DNA of 55,078 nucleotides. Origin: an uncultured Porphyromonadaceae bacterium. Lineage in GTDB: Bacteria; Bacteroidota; Bacteroidia; Bacteroidales; Muribaculaceae. Numbering within the stretch: position 1 is the stretch's first letter; every line of letters starts with the position of its first letter. The notes below the pieces were generated by a model. That model was not told where the DNA came from. It made no database searches and was given only the letters and a program-made list of their open reading frames with translations. The translations under genes and the position numbers were made by a program. Location: contig CAMWPX010000001.1 of assembly GCA_947176205.1 (NCBI GenBank), positions 1-55,078 of the forward strand. Direction: 5' to 3'. Shown here piece by piece: positions 30,434 to 40,560 of this stretch.

Positions 30434-30814
30434 ATGGAAACTACACGTCAAGCTAAAATATCACGCCTGATTCAGAAAGAACTCAGTGAAATATTCCGCC
30501 GGCAGACTGCCAAAACCCATGGAGTGCTGGTATCGGTAAGCAATGTAAAAGTATCGCCCGACCTGAGCACAGCCAAAGCATACCTTTCAATATTCCCCTC
30601 GGAAAAAGCGCCTGAGGTAATGGAGAATATCAATCGTTCGGCTAAGACGATACGCTACGAACTCGCACAGATAGTCAAATCACAGCTTCGCAAGACTCCC
30701 GAACTGGCATTTTATCTCGATGACTCTCTCGATTATATCGAAAGCATAGACCGTATTCTCGCCGAAGATGCAAGCAAACGCCAGCATAACACGGAAGAGG
30801 AGCTTCCGGAATAA
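30434..30814 (+). CDS. rbfA: Ribosome-binding factor A
   Basis: RQAKISRLIQKELSEIF, VSPDLSTAKAYLS, LRKTPELAFYLDDS. Confidence 0.96.
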   Translation: METTRQAKISRLIQKELSEIFRRQTAKTHGVLVSVSNVKVSPDLSTAKAYLSIFPSEKAPEVMENINRSAKTIRYELAQIVKSQLRKTPELAFYLDDSLDYIESIDRILAEDASKRQHNTEEELPE

Positions 30815-30856
30815 TCCATACCTGTCAGGAAAAAGTAATTATATATACATTATATT

Positions 30857-32071
30857 ATGGTATCGCTGCGTATAGCGTTACGCTACCTCATCTCGAAAAA
30901 GAAATATCACGCCGTCAACATCATTTCTTTGGTGTCAATGGCGGGTGTGGCTGTAGCAGCTCTCGCACTGGTATGCGTGCTGTCAGTGTTCAACGGCTTT
31001 TCCGATATGACATATTCCCAGCTATCGCAGCTGAACCCTGACCTGAAAGTAATTCCTGACAAAGGTACAGTAATAGAACAGTGTGATTCACTTACTGAAG
31101 CATTGTCGATGATTCCGGGTGTTGCTGCTGCCATGCCTGTGATTCAGGAACAGGCTCTTGCCCTATATGACCAAAAACAAGTGCCCGTGACCCTCACTGG
31201 TGTTACCGACGGCTATGCCGCGACCACAGGCATCCGCGCCATGATAATTGACGGAAGTTTTTCTACCGACAATGAATATTCAGAGCCGGCGGCAGTGCTG
31301 AGCGCTTCGGTAGCCATGTCACTTGAAGCATTTCCCAACTCGATATCGCCGCTTACCATCTATGTACCGCGGCGTATAGGTCATTACAATCCCGCCATTC
31401 CAATGGCAGCATTCCGTACAGATTCATTTGCCATAAGCGGAGTATACGAATCATATTACAGCGATGAGAATGAAGCTTCCGTAACAGTAGCTCTGGAATA
31501 CGCACGCCAACTGCTTGATATGCCCGACCAAGCATCGTCAATATATATCACTCTTGCTCCGGACGCTGATTCCGATGCTGTAATGACAGCTATAAAGCAG
31601 ATGACCCAAGGAAAATACAGAGTGCTTGACCGACTGAATCAGACCGATACATCGCTCAAGATGATATCTATAGAAAAATGGGTGACTTTTCTGATGCTTG
31701 CATTTATTCTGCTTATAGCGTCATTCAATGTCATTTCTACTTTATCGATGCTAATTATTGAGAAAAATTCCGACACGCACATACTACGAGCCATGGGTGC
31801 CACGACTCAAATGCTTCGCCGTATTTTCATGTGGCAAGGGTGGCTCATCACCGTAATAGGAGGTATAGCGGGTACCTTGACAGGATGTCTACTGTGCCTT
31901 GCCCAGCAAAAGTGGGGTTTCATAAAACTCAACGGCGATGCATCGCAACTCGCCATTACTTCCTATCCGGTAAGACTTGACATAGCCGATGTTGCCTTAG
32001 TAATAATGCTCGTGGCTGTGCTCGGGTGGGTCATCAGTGTGATAACCTCCCGCATGGCACTACGCAAATAA
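30857..32071 (+). CDS. LolC/E-like (FtsX family) ABC permease
   Basis: IALRYL..VLSVFNGF, IASFNVISTLSMLIIEK..LRAMGA, YPV. Confidence 0.88.
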   Translation: MVSLRIALRYLISKKKYHAVNIISLVSMAGVAVAALALVCVLSVFNGFSDMTYSQLSQLNPDLKVIPDKGTVIEQCDSLTEALSMIPGVAAAMPVIQEQALALYDQKQVPVTLTGVTDGYAATTGIRAMIIDGSFSTDNEYSEPAAVLSASVAMSLEAFPNSISPLTIYVPRRIGHYNPAIPMAAFRTDSFAISGVYESYYSDENEASVTVALEYARQLLDMPDQASSIYITLAPDADSDAVMTAIKQMTQGKYRVLDRLNQTDTSLKMISIEKWVTFLMLAFILLIASFNVISTLSMLIIEKNSDTHILRAMGATTQMLRRIFMWQGWLITVIGGIAGTLTGCLLCLAQQKWGFIKLNGDASQLAITSYPVRLDIADVALVIMLVAVLGWVISVITSRMALRK

Positions 32072-32080
32072 ATCTTCAGG

Positions 32081-32716
32081 TCAGGACAATTTACGTATAA
32101 GGGTCAGACCGTCGCGCAATGGCAGTATTACCGTTTCCACACGCGTATCGGCAGCTATCATATCATTGAATTCCATTATACCGTGTGTCTGCGCGTCACT
32201 GCCTGATGGCTCTGAAAGCACTTTACCATCCCACAAAGTATTATCAGCCACAATGAATCCTCCGGGCGTAAGCCTGTCAATTATCATCTGATAATACTGA
32301 ATGTAATGCCGCTTGTTGGCATCGATATACACCATATCCCACTCACCTTGCAGTTTCGGCACTATTTCCAGCGCATCGCCTATATGAAGATTTATCTTAG
32401 GCGGTAATCCACAGTTGGCGAATCGTTCACGCAACTCATCTTCCATCTCATCATAAATCTCCACTGTGTCAATGATACCGTCTTTTCCCATGGCTTCAGC
32501 TATACAGAGAGCTGAATATCCCGTAAATGTACCCAGCTCAAGCACACGCTTGGGCTTTATCATGGCTGTAATCATCTTAAGCACACGTCCCTGAAGATGA
32601 CCGGAACACATACGCGGATACAGATGATGCAGATGCGTATGACGATAAAGCTGCCGCAAAGGTTCGGGTTCGGGCGATATATGACCTAATATATATTCAT
32701 CTATCGTATCACACAT
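32081..32716 (-). CDS. Class I SAM-dependent O-methyltransferase (TrmR/CCoAOMT-like)
   Basis: LELGTFTGYSA, YIDANK, ADNTLW, LPLRDGL. Probable ATG at 32716. Confidence 0.9.
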   Translation of the reverse strand: MCDTIDEYILGHISPEPEPLRQLYRHTHLHHLYPRMCSGHLQGRVLKMITAMIKPKRVLELGTFTGYSALCIAEAMGKDGIIDTVEIYDEMEDELRERFANCGLPPKINLHIGDALEIVPKLQGEWDMVYIDANKRHYIQYYQMIIDRLTPGGFIVADNTLWDGKVLSEPSGSDAQTHGIMEFNDMIAADTRVETVILPLRDGLTLIRKLS

Positions 32717-33720
32717 CGCAGTCCGCCGGCACATACCGAATCAATGGTTTTACGCATAATTTCCACACACCGCTGAGGATAGAGCCCCACAGCGGTCTCG
32801 CCGCAAAGCAGCAGCGTATCAGTACCCTCCATTACAGCCAGAGCGATATCACTGACCTCGGCACGCGTAGGCTCGGGAGCATTAAGCATCGACTGAAGTA
32901 TCTGAGTAGACACAATCACAGGTTTGTCATCACGGCGACATAACGACACTACCTTATGCTGAATGACAGGTATCATCCACAATGGTACCGCCGTACCGAG
33001 GTCACCGCGAGCCACAAGCAATCCGTCGGACACGGCAAGTATATCGTCCATCCGCTCCACAGCTTCTCCACACTCTATCTTCGAATAAAGCGTTATACCC
33101 GTACCCTCCAACAATGCTCTGACCTGACGGACATCATCGGCTGAACGCACAAACGAGTGTGCAATCATATCTATCCCCGCTTCACAGGCAGCTTCGATAC
33201 ACAAGCGGTCATTGTCAGACACAGCAGGCATGTCAGGCAATAACGTGCCGGGCAACGCCACCGTCTTTCGCGAATCAAGCACACCGCCTTCGGTTACCTC
33301 GGCATGTATCCCCTTACCGTCAACCCCGGTGATTTTAAGCTGTATATCTCCGTCGTCAATCAGTACTTTTGTCCCATAACCCTTACATGTGTCTATACCT
33401 TGACAATTGACATAGATAATCTGCCTTGAAGAAAGTTCAATACCATATTTTATTGTCACCTTGTCGCCGGTAGCAAATGTCGCCGGAGCTGCGACAGCAG
33501 TAGTGCGTATCTCTGCACCTTTAGTATCCATAAGTATTTTTATCGCCGGGTCGATATCGCGTATGGTCTTGACCATAAATCGCAATTCGTCGGGGGTCAC
33601 ATGGGCTGAGTTGATTCGCACGCTGTCCATACCGCACTGACGGAGTGATGTAATGAATTCTGGGGTGCAACGCTCGAGTGTGAGCGTCGCCATTATATTT
33701 ACTTCTGATTGAGTTTTCAT
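32701..33720 (-). CDS. pyk: Pyruvate kinase lacking the C-terminal domain
   Basis: RINSAH, MDTKGAEIRT, HSFVR, SKIE, VARGDLG, STQ, PTRAEVSD, GETAVG.YP. Only 339 aa, ending just after the barrel. Confidence 0.85.
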   Translation of the reverse strand: MKTQSEVNIMATLTLERCTPEFITSLRQCGMDSVRINSAHVTPDELRFMVKTIRDIDPAIKILMDTKGAEIRTTAVAAPATFATGDKVTIKYGIELSSRQIIYVNCQGIDTCKGYGTKVLIDDGDIQLKITGVDGKGIHAEVTEGGVLDSRKTVALPGTLLPDMPAVSDNDRLCIEAACEAGIDMIAHSFVRSADDVRQVRALLEGTGITLYSKIECGEAVERMDDILAVSDGLLVARGDLGTAVPLWMIPVIQHKVVSLCRRDDKPVIVSTQILQSMLNAPEPTRAEVSDIALAVMEGTDTLLLCGETAVGLYPQRCVEIMRKTIDSVCAGGLRCVIR

Positions 33721-34142
33721 AATAATGATTCTATTGCCAAACGATAACTATCCATACCGAATCCGGCTATGACACCCTTGCACACAGATGAAATAAGAGA
33801 AGTGTGGCGAACCGATTCACGTGCCCACACATTGGATATGTGCACTTCCACCACGTTGACCGGTATCGATGCTATGGCATCAGCTATAGCCACGGAGGTG
33901 TGGGTGTAAGCACCTGCATTAAGTACTACACCGAGCATATCTTCCTCATCAAAGCCCACACTATGGAGTTTGTCGATTATGTCACCTTCATGATTGCTCT
34001 GAAAATAATCTATAATCACATCAGGATAAGTTTCACGGAGAATATCGAGATATTGCTCCATTGACTCCTTTCCGTAGATGTGAGGCTGACGCTTTCCAAG
34101 CAGATTGAGATTCGGACCGTTGATTATCAATATAGTTTTCAT
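33717..34142 (-). CDS. aroQ: Type II 3-dehydroquinate dehydratase
   Basis: INGPNLNLLG.R, QSNHEG, NAGAYTHTS, EVHISN. True ATG at 34142. Confidence 0.96.
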   Translation of the reverse strand: MKTILIINGPNLNLLGKRQPHIYGKESMEQYLDILRETYPDVIIDYFQSNHEGDIIDKLHSVGFDEEDMLGVVLNAGAYTHTSVAIADAIASIPVNVVEVHISNVWARESVRHTSLISSVCKGVIAGFGMDSYRLAIESLL

Positions 34143-34411
34143 AATGAAGAATTTACCAACATATATACAGCTATGTGCGACAGCACCATCAGAGCAAGCA
34201 GAATCCACGCCAGAGCCCTGCGCTGCGGATAGCACTGATAAGCGAGATAGGCTGCCACCACCACATAAAACGGATACATCCACACCAGAACTTTGTTAGG
34301 TGAATCCACCGGCAGTGATGACAGAAGCATCGGAAACTGAAATACCGGCAGTGACACAAGGAGTATCACCCATATCATCCAGCGGGGTGTAGCTGGTGCC
34401 GATGGCATCAT
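34139..34411 (-). CDS. Small hypothetical membrane protein
   Basis: Three hydrophobic segments. ATGA overlaps with both neighbours. Confidence 0.7.
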   Translation of the reverse strand: MMPSAPATPRWMIWVILLVSLPVFQFPMLLSSLPVDSPNKVLVWMYPFYVVVAAYLAYQCYPQRRALAWILLALMVLSHIAVYMLVNSSL

Positions 34412-35460
34412 GACCTGCCCCCTTTCTTCGCCTTACGCTTTGATTCCTTATACGCGTCAACCGTAACCTGAATACCGCGACGAAGCGGGAACTGAGGTGA
34501 AAAGCCGAAGTCACGCACAGCATCGGAAATATCACAAGCCCAGTTACGCTGCTTCATAATCTTGAATTTATCACGGTTAAGCGTCGACGGCTTGGCTCGC
34601 AGAGCACCTATTTTCTCAGCCACAACCGAAGCCACATAGGCAGTCCACAGCGGTAATTTCACCGGGATGACCCATTTGGTACCGAGCTCATCAGCCACAA
34701 TCTTCCGGAATTCACTCTGTGTATAAGCCCTGTCTTCGGATATTATATATTTGTGTTTTAATGTGGCAGGCTTAACGATAGCGTCAAATATAGCATTGAC
34801 CAAATCCTCCACATATATGAATGTAAGCATCTGTTTGCGATATCCCACCCCGAAATCAAAGTGTGAGTCGATGCTCTTTATCATCATCAGATAATCCTGC
34901 TCGTGAGGTCCGTACACACCTGTGGGACGGAATATGGTCCAAGGCACATCGGCACATGTCTCAAGGAAGGTCTCCGCTTTGATTTTCGATACTCCGTAAC
35001 GGGTATTGGGCTGAGGTATCATACCCGAGTCCATAGGTGTGTAACCGCGTTCATCGCCCGGACCCAACGCACTCAGACTGCTCATGTAGAGCAACCGCTG
35101 GGCAGGCAACAGCCCTGACAGCCGAAGCGCTTCCACAAAATTACGGAGAGTCAGATAATTGATGCGGTTAAAATCAGCGAAATTAACACACTTCGTAGCT
35201 CCGAGATTATACACGATGTAATCCCAGCGCTCACCCTCAGGCATTGACTCACGCAGAGTGGCAGCCATAGATTCGGCATTATCATAATCAAGTACCACGA
35301 AGTGCAGACGCCCGTCGGTAAGATAACGGCGCGACGTAGACTCGCGCACAGCCACCCACGTATCATATCCGCGACGTAACGATTCGGCGGCTATAAATCC
35401 ACCTATAAAACCACCGGCACCTACCACCAGTACTTTCTTCTTTTTATCCGTTTCCTGCAT
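34408..35460 (-). CDS. NAD-dependent epimerase/dehydratase (extended SDR)
   Basis: GAGGFIGG, MSSL, YGVSK, RPTGVYGP. Confidence 0.9.
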   Translation of the reverse strand: MQETDKKKKVLVVGAGGFIGGFIAAESLRRGYDTWVAVRESTSRRYLTDGRLHFVVLDYDNAESMAATLRESMPEGERWDYIVYNLGATKCVNFADFNRINYLTLRNFVEALRLSGLLPAQRLLYMSSLSALGPGDERGYTPMDSGMIPQPNTRYGVSKIKAETFLETCADVPWTIFRPTGVYGPHEQDYLMMIKSIDSHFDFGVGYRKQMLTFIYVEDLVNAIFDAIVKPATLKHKYIISEDRAYTQSEFRKIVADELGTKWVIPVKLPLWTAYVASVVAEKIGALRAKPSTLNRDKFKIMKQRNWACDISDAVRDFGFSPQFPLRRGIQVTVDAYKESKRKAKKGGRS

Positions 35461-35594
35461 ATCGTTAATTATCAGTTCACCGCAAAATTACAAAAATTTT
35501 TCACCAAGCATCTTATCTTATCATCACAAATGGCTGCAAGCCGATAATTTTGGGAAAATATGGCTATATTTGCAGTATTAATGCAATAAGGCGT

Positions 35595-36386
35595 ATGGGT
35601 AAAAATAAATTAAAGAAATTCGGAGAGATGCAGCAGATACCTTTTGTGCTGCAATATCCGTGGGCTGTGCTACAGCGCGAACAGTTTCCGCTGAAAGGAC
35701 GATGGCACGCTGACTTTTTCCATAACGATAATCCTATAGTGCTCGAACTCGGCTGCGGTAAAGGAGAATATACCGTAGGACTCGCCAATGAATTTCCTGA
35801 CCGTAATTACATAGGAATAGACATAAAGGGCGCCCGAATGTACACGGGAGCAAAACAGGCTCTTGACCGTAAGATGTCAAATGTGGCTTTTCTACGCACT
35901 GACATCGAACTGCTTACTCACTTTTTCGCTCCGGGCGAAGTGGCTGAAATATGGATAACGTTCCCCGACCCACAGATGAAAAAAGCCCGCCGGAGACTTA
36001 CGTCGACACGTTTTCTCGAACTGTACCGTCATGTACTCGTGCCCGGAGGTATCGTCAACCTGAAGACCGACAGTCCGTTTTTGTACACCTACACCCGATA
36101 TCTGCTTGAGGAAAACGGCATCAAGCCCGATGTTTGTACGGACAATCTCTATGACGGCAAATATGACAACCGCATACTGGGCATACGCACATTCTACGAA
36201 CAGCAGTGGCTTGACCGCGGACTTACCATCAAATACATCTCTTTCGGTCTGAATCCGACGCCGGCTCTTAAAGAACCGGAAGTGGAAATAGAGTTTGACA
36301 CTTACCGCAGTTTCTCACGTGGCGAGCTCCAGTGTCCGCAGCTATGCAACCCGAAAATAACACCTAAATCACAACCTGACGACTAA
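35595..36386 (+). CDS. trmB: tRNA (guanine-N7)-methyltransferase
   Basis: LELGCGKGEY, GIDIKGAR, ITFPDPQ, LKTDS. ATG at 35595. Confidence 0.95.
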   Translation: MGKNKLKKFGEMQQIPFVLQYPWAVLQREQFPLKGRWHADFFHNDNPIVLELGCGKGEYTVGLANEFPDRNYIGIDIKGARMYTGAKQALDRKMSNVAFLRTDIELLTHFFAPGEVAEIWITFPDPQMKKARRRLTSTRFLELYRHVLVPGGIVNLKTDSPFLYTYTRYLLEENGIKPDVCTDNLYDGKYDNRILGIRTFYEQQWLDRGLTIKYISFGLNPTPALKEPEVEIEFDTYRSFSRGELQCPQLCNPKITPKSQPDD

Positions 36387-37489
36387 TGATAAAACTATAT
36401 CCCCAACTGATACTTGATGCACTGAGCACAGTACGCTATCCGGGCAACGGCAAAAATATAGTGGAGCTCGGCATGGTGGCTGACGACATCCGTATAGACG
36501 GACTCAAAGTCAGCTTCTCGCTGATATTCCCCAAAAGTACCGACCCGTTCATGAAATCGATTCTCAAAGCGGCTGAAACCGCTGTCCACACCCATATATC
36601 ACCCGATGTTGAGGTCACGGTTACGGCTTCGACTCCACAACCTGCTGCGGCACCCCAACGTCCTATACTCCCCGGAGTTAAAAACATCGTGGGCATATCG
36701 TCAGGCAAAGGCGGAGTGGGCAAAAGCACCGTAGCAAGCAATCTTGCCGTGGCGCTCGCACGCGAAGGTTATAAAGTAGGTCTGCTCGATGCCGATATAT
36801 TCGGTCCGTCGGTACCCAAAATGTTCGGGCTGGAAGATGAGACCTTGTATATGCACGAAGTGGACGGCAAAGAGTTAATCATACCAGCCGAACGCTATGG
36901 TGTGAAAGTACTTTCAATTGGTTTCTTAGTAGACAAAAACGCTCCTGTACTATGGCGCGGAAGCATGGCATCAAACGCTTTGCGCCAGCTGATAGAAGAT
37001 GCTGACTGGGGCGAACTGGATTATTTCCTGATAGATATGCCCCCGGGTACAAGTGACATCCACCTGACTCTCGTGCAGACACTCGCCATCACAGGAGTGG
37101 TGGTGGTAAGCACACCGCAGGAAGTCGCGCTTGCAGATGCCCGCAAAGGTATAGCCATGTTCATGGGTGAGAAAATCAATGTGCCTGTGCTTGGTCTTGT
37201 AGAAAACATGGCATGGTTCATACCCGAAGCTCACCCTGATGAACGATATTACATATTCGGCAAAGAGGGGGCTGTACGGCTTGCCGATGAACTTGGTGTA
37301 AAACTGCTGGCACAGATTCCAGTGGTAGGCTCGATATGCGACGGCGGCGACTCCGGCGAACCGATAGCGGCTAAAGACACCATCACGGCTCACGCATTCA
37401 TGCATCTGGCTCACGAGGTGACAGAAGCGGTGGATGAACGCAACGGGACTCTCCCTCCCACTGTTAAAGTCAACGTAACCCGTAAATAA
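36386..37489 (+). CDS. mrp: Mrp/NBP35 Fe-S carrier ATPase
   Basis: SGKGGVGKST, DADIFGPS, DMPPGTSD, ENM. Confidence 0.94.
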   Translation: MIKLYPQLILDALSTVRYPGNGKNIVELGMVADDIRIDGLKVSFSLIFPKSTDPFMKSILKAAETAVHTHISPDVEVTVTASTPQPAAAPQRPILPGVKNIVGISSGKGGVGKSTVASNLAVALAREGYKVGLLDADIFGPSVPKMFGLEDETLYMHEVDGKELIIPAERYGVKVLSIGFLVDKNAPVLWRGSMASNALRQLIEDADWGELDYFLIDMPPGTSDIHLTLVQTLAITGVVVVSTPQEVALADARKGIAMFMGEKINVPVLGLVENMAWFIPEAHPDERYYIFGKEGAVRLADELGVKLLAQIPVVGSICDGGDSGEPIAAKDTITAHAFMHLAHEVTEAVDERNGTLPPTVKVNVTRK

Positions 37490-37498
37490 GCTCCGATT

Positions 37499-38278
37499 AT
37501 GCAGACAGTGTTATTCCACGAAACGATATTCGGACCGATTCACTCACGCCGGCTCGGCACCTCACTTGGTGTAAATCTTTCACCTGCCGATGGGAAAGTA
37601 TGCTCTTTTGACTGCTTATACTGCGAGGCAGGGTTCAACGCACAAGGTCCGGGTAAAGCGGGGCTTCCTCCGCGCCATGAAGTAAAACGCCTGCTTGAAG
37701 ACAAACTGCGCTCCATGAAGCAAGCAGGTGAACCACTTGATGTAATCACATTCTCCGGCAACGGTGAACCCACCATGCATCCTGACTTCGAAGGCATTAT
37801 AAATGACACGCTTGAGCTGCGCGACACCTATTTCCCGGCTGTAGAAGTAAGCGTACTCTCCAATTCCACCCGACTGGACCGACCCGACGTATGTGCCGCC
37901 CTCAGACGTATTGACAACAATATCCTCAAACTCGACTCAGCTGTAGACGCCACCATAAAAATACTTGACCGTCCGGTAAATCCGGCTTTTACCGCCGAGC
38001 GTGTCATAGGACAATTAGCTGATTTCGGACAACAATGTATAATTCAGACCATGATTCTCAAAGGAGAATATGAGGGTAACAAAGTTGATAATACTACGGA
38101 TGAGGAGATTGATGCTCTGATTGCCGCATATCGCCGCATAAAACCACGTAAGGTCATGCTTTACTCCATTGACCGCCGCACTCCCGCTACAAATCTTGTA
38201 AAAATAGATTTGGAGCACCTCCGCTCGATAGCCTCACGTATTAATGAAGCCACAGGTATACACGTGCAAGTCAACTGA
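37499..38278 (+). CDS. Radical SAM protein (COG0731-like)
   Basis: FGPIHSRRLGTSLGVNL, CSFDCLYC, TFSGNGEPT. Confidence 0.9.
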   Translation: MQTVLFHETIFGPIHSRRLGTSLGVNLSPADGKVCSFDCLYCEAGFNAQGPGKAGLPPRHEVKRLLEDKLRSMKQAGEPLDVITFSGNGEPTMHPDFEGIINDTLELRDTYFPAVEVSVLSNSTRLDRPDVCAALRRIDNNILKLDSAVDATIKILDRPVNPAFTAERVIGQLADFGQQCIIQTMILKGEYEGNKVDNTTDEEIDALIAAYRRIKPRKVMLYSIDRRTPATNLVKIDLEHLRSIASRINEATGIHVQVN

Positions 38279-38302
38279 TAGAAACCCCACCCATCATTGT
38301 AT

Positions 38303-39298
38303 ATGCTACACTCGTCATTACGTATGATTATAATCGCATGCACGATATTGTGCTGCGCCTTAACCTCATATCCGCAGTCAGCCATGAACCGACAAAACAA
38401 TCTCATAATACCGCCGCCACTCACCACGGGTGCACGCATAGCATTAATCTCACCAGCCGGACGAGCCAAAGACGCTAATGTAACAGAAGCCATGAAAGTA
38501 CTTGAGGCACAAGGTTGGAAACCGTATCTTACTCCCCACGCCATGGGTAGCAGCGGCACATTCAGCGGTACTGCCGACGAACGCCTCTCTGACTTCCGTC
38601 AGGCATGGCTTGACGAATCGACAAAAGCCATAATCTGCACACGCGGAGGATACGGCGCGGTTCATCTGCTTGACAGCATTGATGCCCTCGCCCTGCGTGC
38701 TCACCCCAAATGGCTGGTGGGATTCAGTGACATATCGGCTCTACACTCGCTGCTTTCAAGTCAAGGAATAGCGAGCGTGCATGGTCCGATGGCTAAACAT
38801 ATCAGCGCCAGACATGGTGACAACCCCGACTTCAAGGCTTTGGTAAACGTACTTACCGGACAAGGCGTAGACTATACATTTGAATCACACCGCCTCAACC
38901 GCAAAGGCTCTGCCACAGGTGCGCTCTGCGGCGGTAATCTTTCGGTGATAGCCAACCTTATCGGCACTCCGTATGACGCTATTCAACCTGGCTCAATACT
39001 GCTGATAGAAGATATCGCCGAACCGGTCTACAAGATAGAGCGAATACTGTATCAACTGCGGATGAGCGGCATTATGGAAAGACTTGGCGGACTGATAGTG
39101 GGAGAATTTACCGACTACCGTCCCGATGTCAACCACGAATCCATGGAATCCATGATAGCCAAAGCCGTAAGCGGCTATGACTTTCCTGTGGCTTACGGCA
39201 TACCGGTAGGTCACGACGAAAAAAATCTGCCTCTTATCATCTCGGCTCCGCTCACACTTACGGTCACTACCGACGGCACCAGAATTACTCAGAAATAA
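38303..39298 (+). CDS. S66 family LD-carboxypeptidase with signal peptide
   Basis: RGGYG, GFSDIS (Ser), GGNL, IEDIAE (Glu), GHD (His). Start codon uncertain. Confidence 0.9.
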   Translation: MLHSSLRMIIIACTILCCALTSYPQSAMNRQNNLIIPPPLTTGARIALISPAGRAKDANVTEAMKVLEAQGWKPYLTPHAMGSSGTFSGTADERLSDFRQAWLDESTKAIICTRGGYGAVHLLDSIDALALRAHPKWLVGFSDISALHSLLSSQGIASVHGPMAKHISARHGDNPDFKALVNVLTGQGVDYTFESHRLNRKGSATGALCGGNLSVIANLIGTPYDAIQPGSILLIEDIAEPVYKIERILYQLRMSGIMERLGGLIVGEFTDYRPDVNHESMESMIAKAVSGYDFPVAYGIPVGHDEKNLPLIISAPLTLTVTTDGTRITQK

Positions 39299-39359
39299 GA
39301 GTAATTGAGGTACACTCCTAACTTACACGCGGATACATCTGATATTTGACAAGAAACCA

Positions 39360-40442
39360 TCAAATGTATCTGTCATCGAAACGTAGCTGAACTTCATGCA
39401 CCATCTGGCGTATTTTCTGCTCTTCGTCCTTGGGACAAATCATAAGGACATCACCGGCATCAGCCACTATACAGTCTTTGATACCTGACACCACCACGAG
39501 TTTATCCTTGGGTGCCATAAATATATTGCCGGAGGAATTATAAGCCACCACATTGCAGTTCTGAGTCACATTTCCGCTGATATTCTTGGGAGAATTTTCA
39601 TAAAGCGAACCCCATGTCCCGAGGTCGCTCCATCCGAAATCCGCACACTCCACATACACATTGTCAGCCTTTTCCATCAGACCGAAATCTATGGATATCG
39701 ACGGACACATCGGAAAGTTACGGTCAACGAACTCCTGTTCCTGCGCCGTACCGAATTCACCGCGTCCCATATCAAACACTGCGGCGAGGTCAGGCATGTA
39801 GCGGTGGATAGCATCGATGATAGTGCTCGTTTTCCACAAGAAGATACCGGCATTCCAGAAAAATTCGCCTGAATCAACAAATACCTGAGCCAAGTCCCGG
39901 TCCGGTTTCTCGGTAAACGTTTTCACCTTTAATATGCCGGAAATTTCTTCGTTGTCCACCTGTATATAGCCGTAACCCGTCTCGGGACGTGTGGGTGTGA
40001 TACCGAGCGTGAGCAATGCATCATGATTTTCCACAAACTCAAATCCTTTTGCCACGCACTCGTCAAACACTCGTTCACGCGTGATGAGATGGTCGCTCGG
40101 AGTCACAATCATAGATGACCCCGGGTCTGTAGCTGCTATATGATACGCGGCCCACGCTATGCACGGAGCTGTATTTCTGCGGTCAGGTTCAGTAAGTATA
40201 TTGGTAGACGGTATTTCGGGCAGCTGCTCCTCGACAATAGCCTTATAACGACCGTTGGTCACCACAAGAATATGGTCTACCCCTACGATGGGCATCATGC
40301 GGTCAAAGCACATCTGAAGCAGTGTGCGCCCCGTACCTAAGAAGTCGATAAACTGTTTAGGCTTGTCGACACGGCTATAAGGCCAGAAACGGCTTCCTAT
40401 GCCGCCGCACATTATCACACAATATCTATTGGTATTTCCCAT
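39360..40442 (-). CDS. manC: Mannose-1-phosphate guanylyltransferase
   Basis: MCGGIGSRFWP, PKQF, RNTAPC, PETGYGYI, FTEKP, WSDLGTW. Confidence 0.93.
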   Translation of the reverse strand: MGNTNRYCVIMCGGIGSRFWPYSRVDKPKQFIDFLGTGRTLLQMCFDRMMPIVGVDHILVVTNGRYKAIVEEQLPEIPSTNILTEPDRRNTAPCIAWAAYHIAATDPGSSMIVTPSDHLITRERVFDECVAKGFEFVENHDALLTLGITPTRPETGYGYIQVDNEEISGILKVKTFTEKPDRDLAQVFVDSGEFFWNAGIFLWKTSTIIDAIHRYMPDLAAVFDMGRGEFGTAQEQEFVDRNFPMCPSISIDFGLMEKADNVYVECADFGWSDLGTWGSLYENSPKNISGNVTQNCNVVAYNSSGNIFMAPKDKLVVVSGIKDCIVADAGDVLMICPKDEEQKIRQMVHEVQLRFDDRYI

Positions 40443-40560
40443 GAGTAAAAATCTGATGATGTATAACGGGTGCTAAGATAATCATTAACTTCCTATTTTC
40501 CTATTTTATCTATAAAATATTGTTTTTAACTTTGCGTCGGATTTATAATAACAAACCTAT

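Noticed and set aside
34143-34283. N-terminal extension of the aroQ ORF in the ORF track
   Set aside because: The family begins at MKTILIINGPN (34142), and the extension overlaps the real upstream membrane gene. Similar over-extensions were trimmed for the WD40 gene, trmB, HAD, ino1 and the O-methyltransferase.
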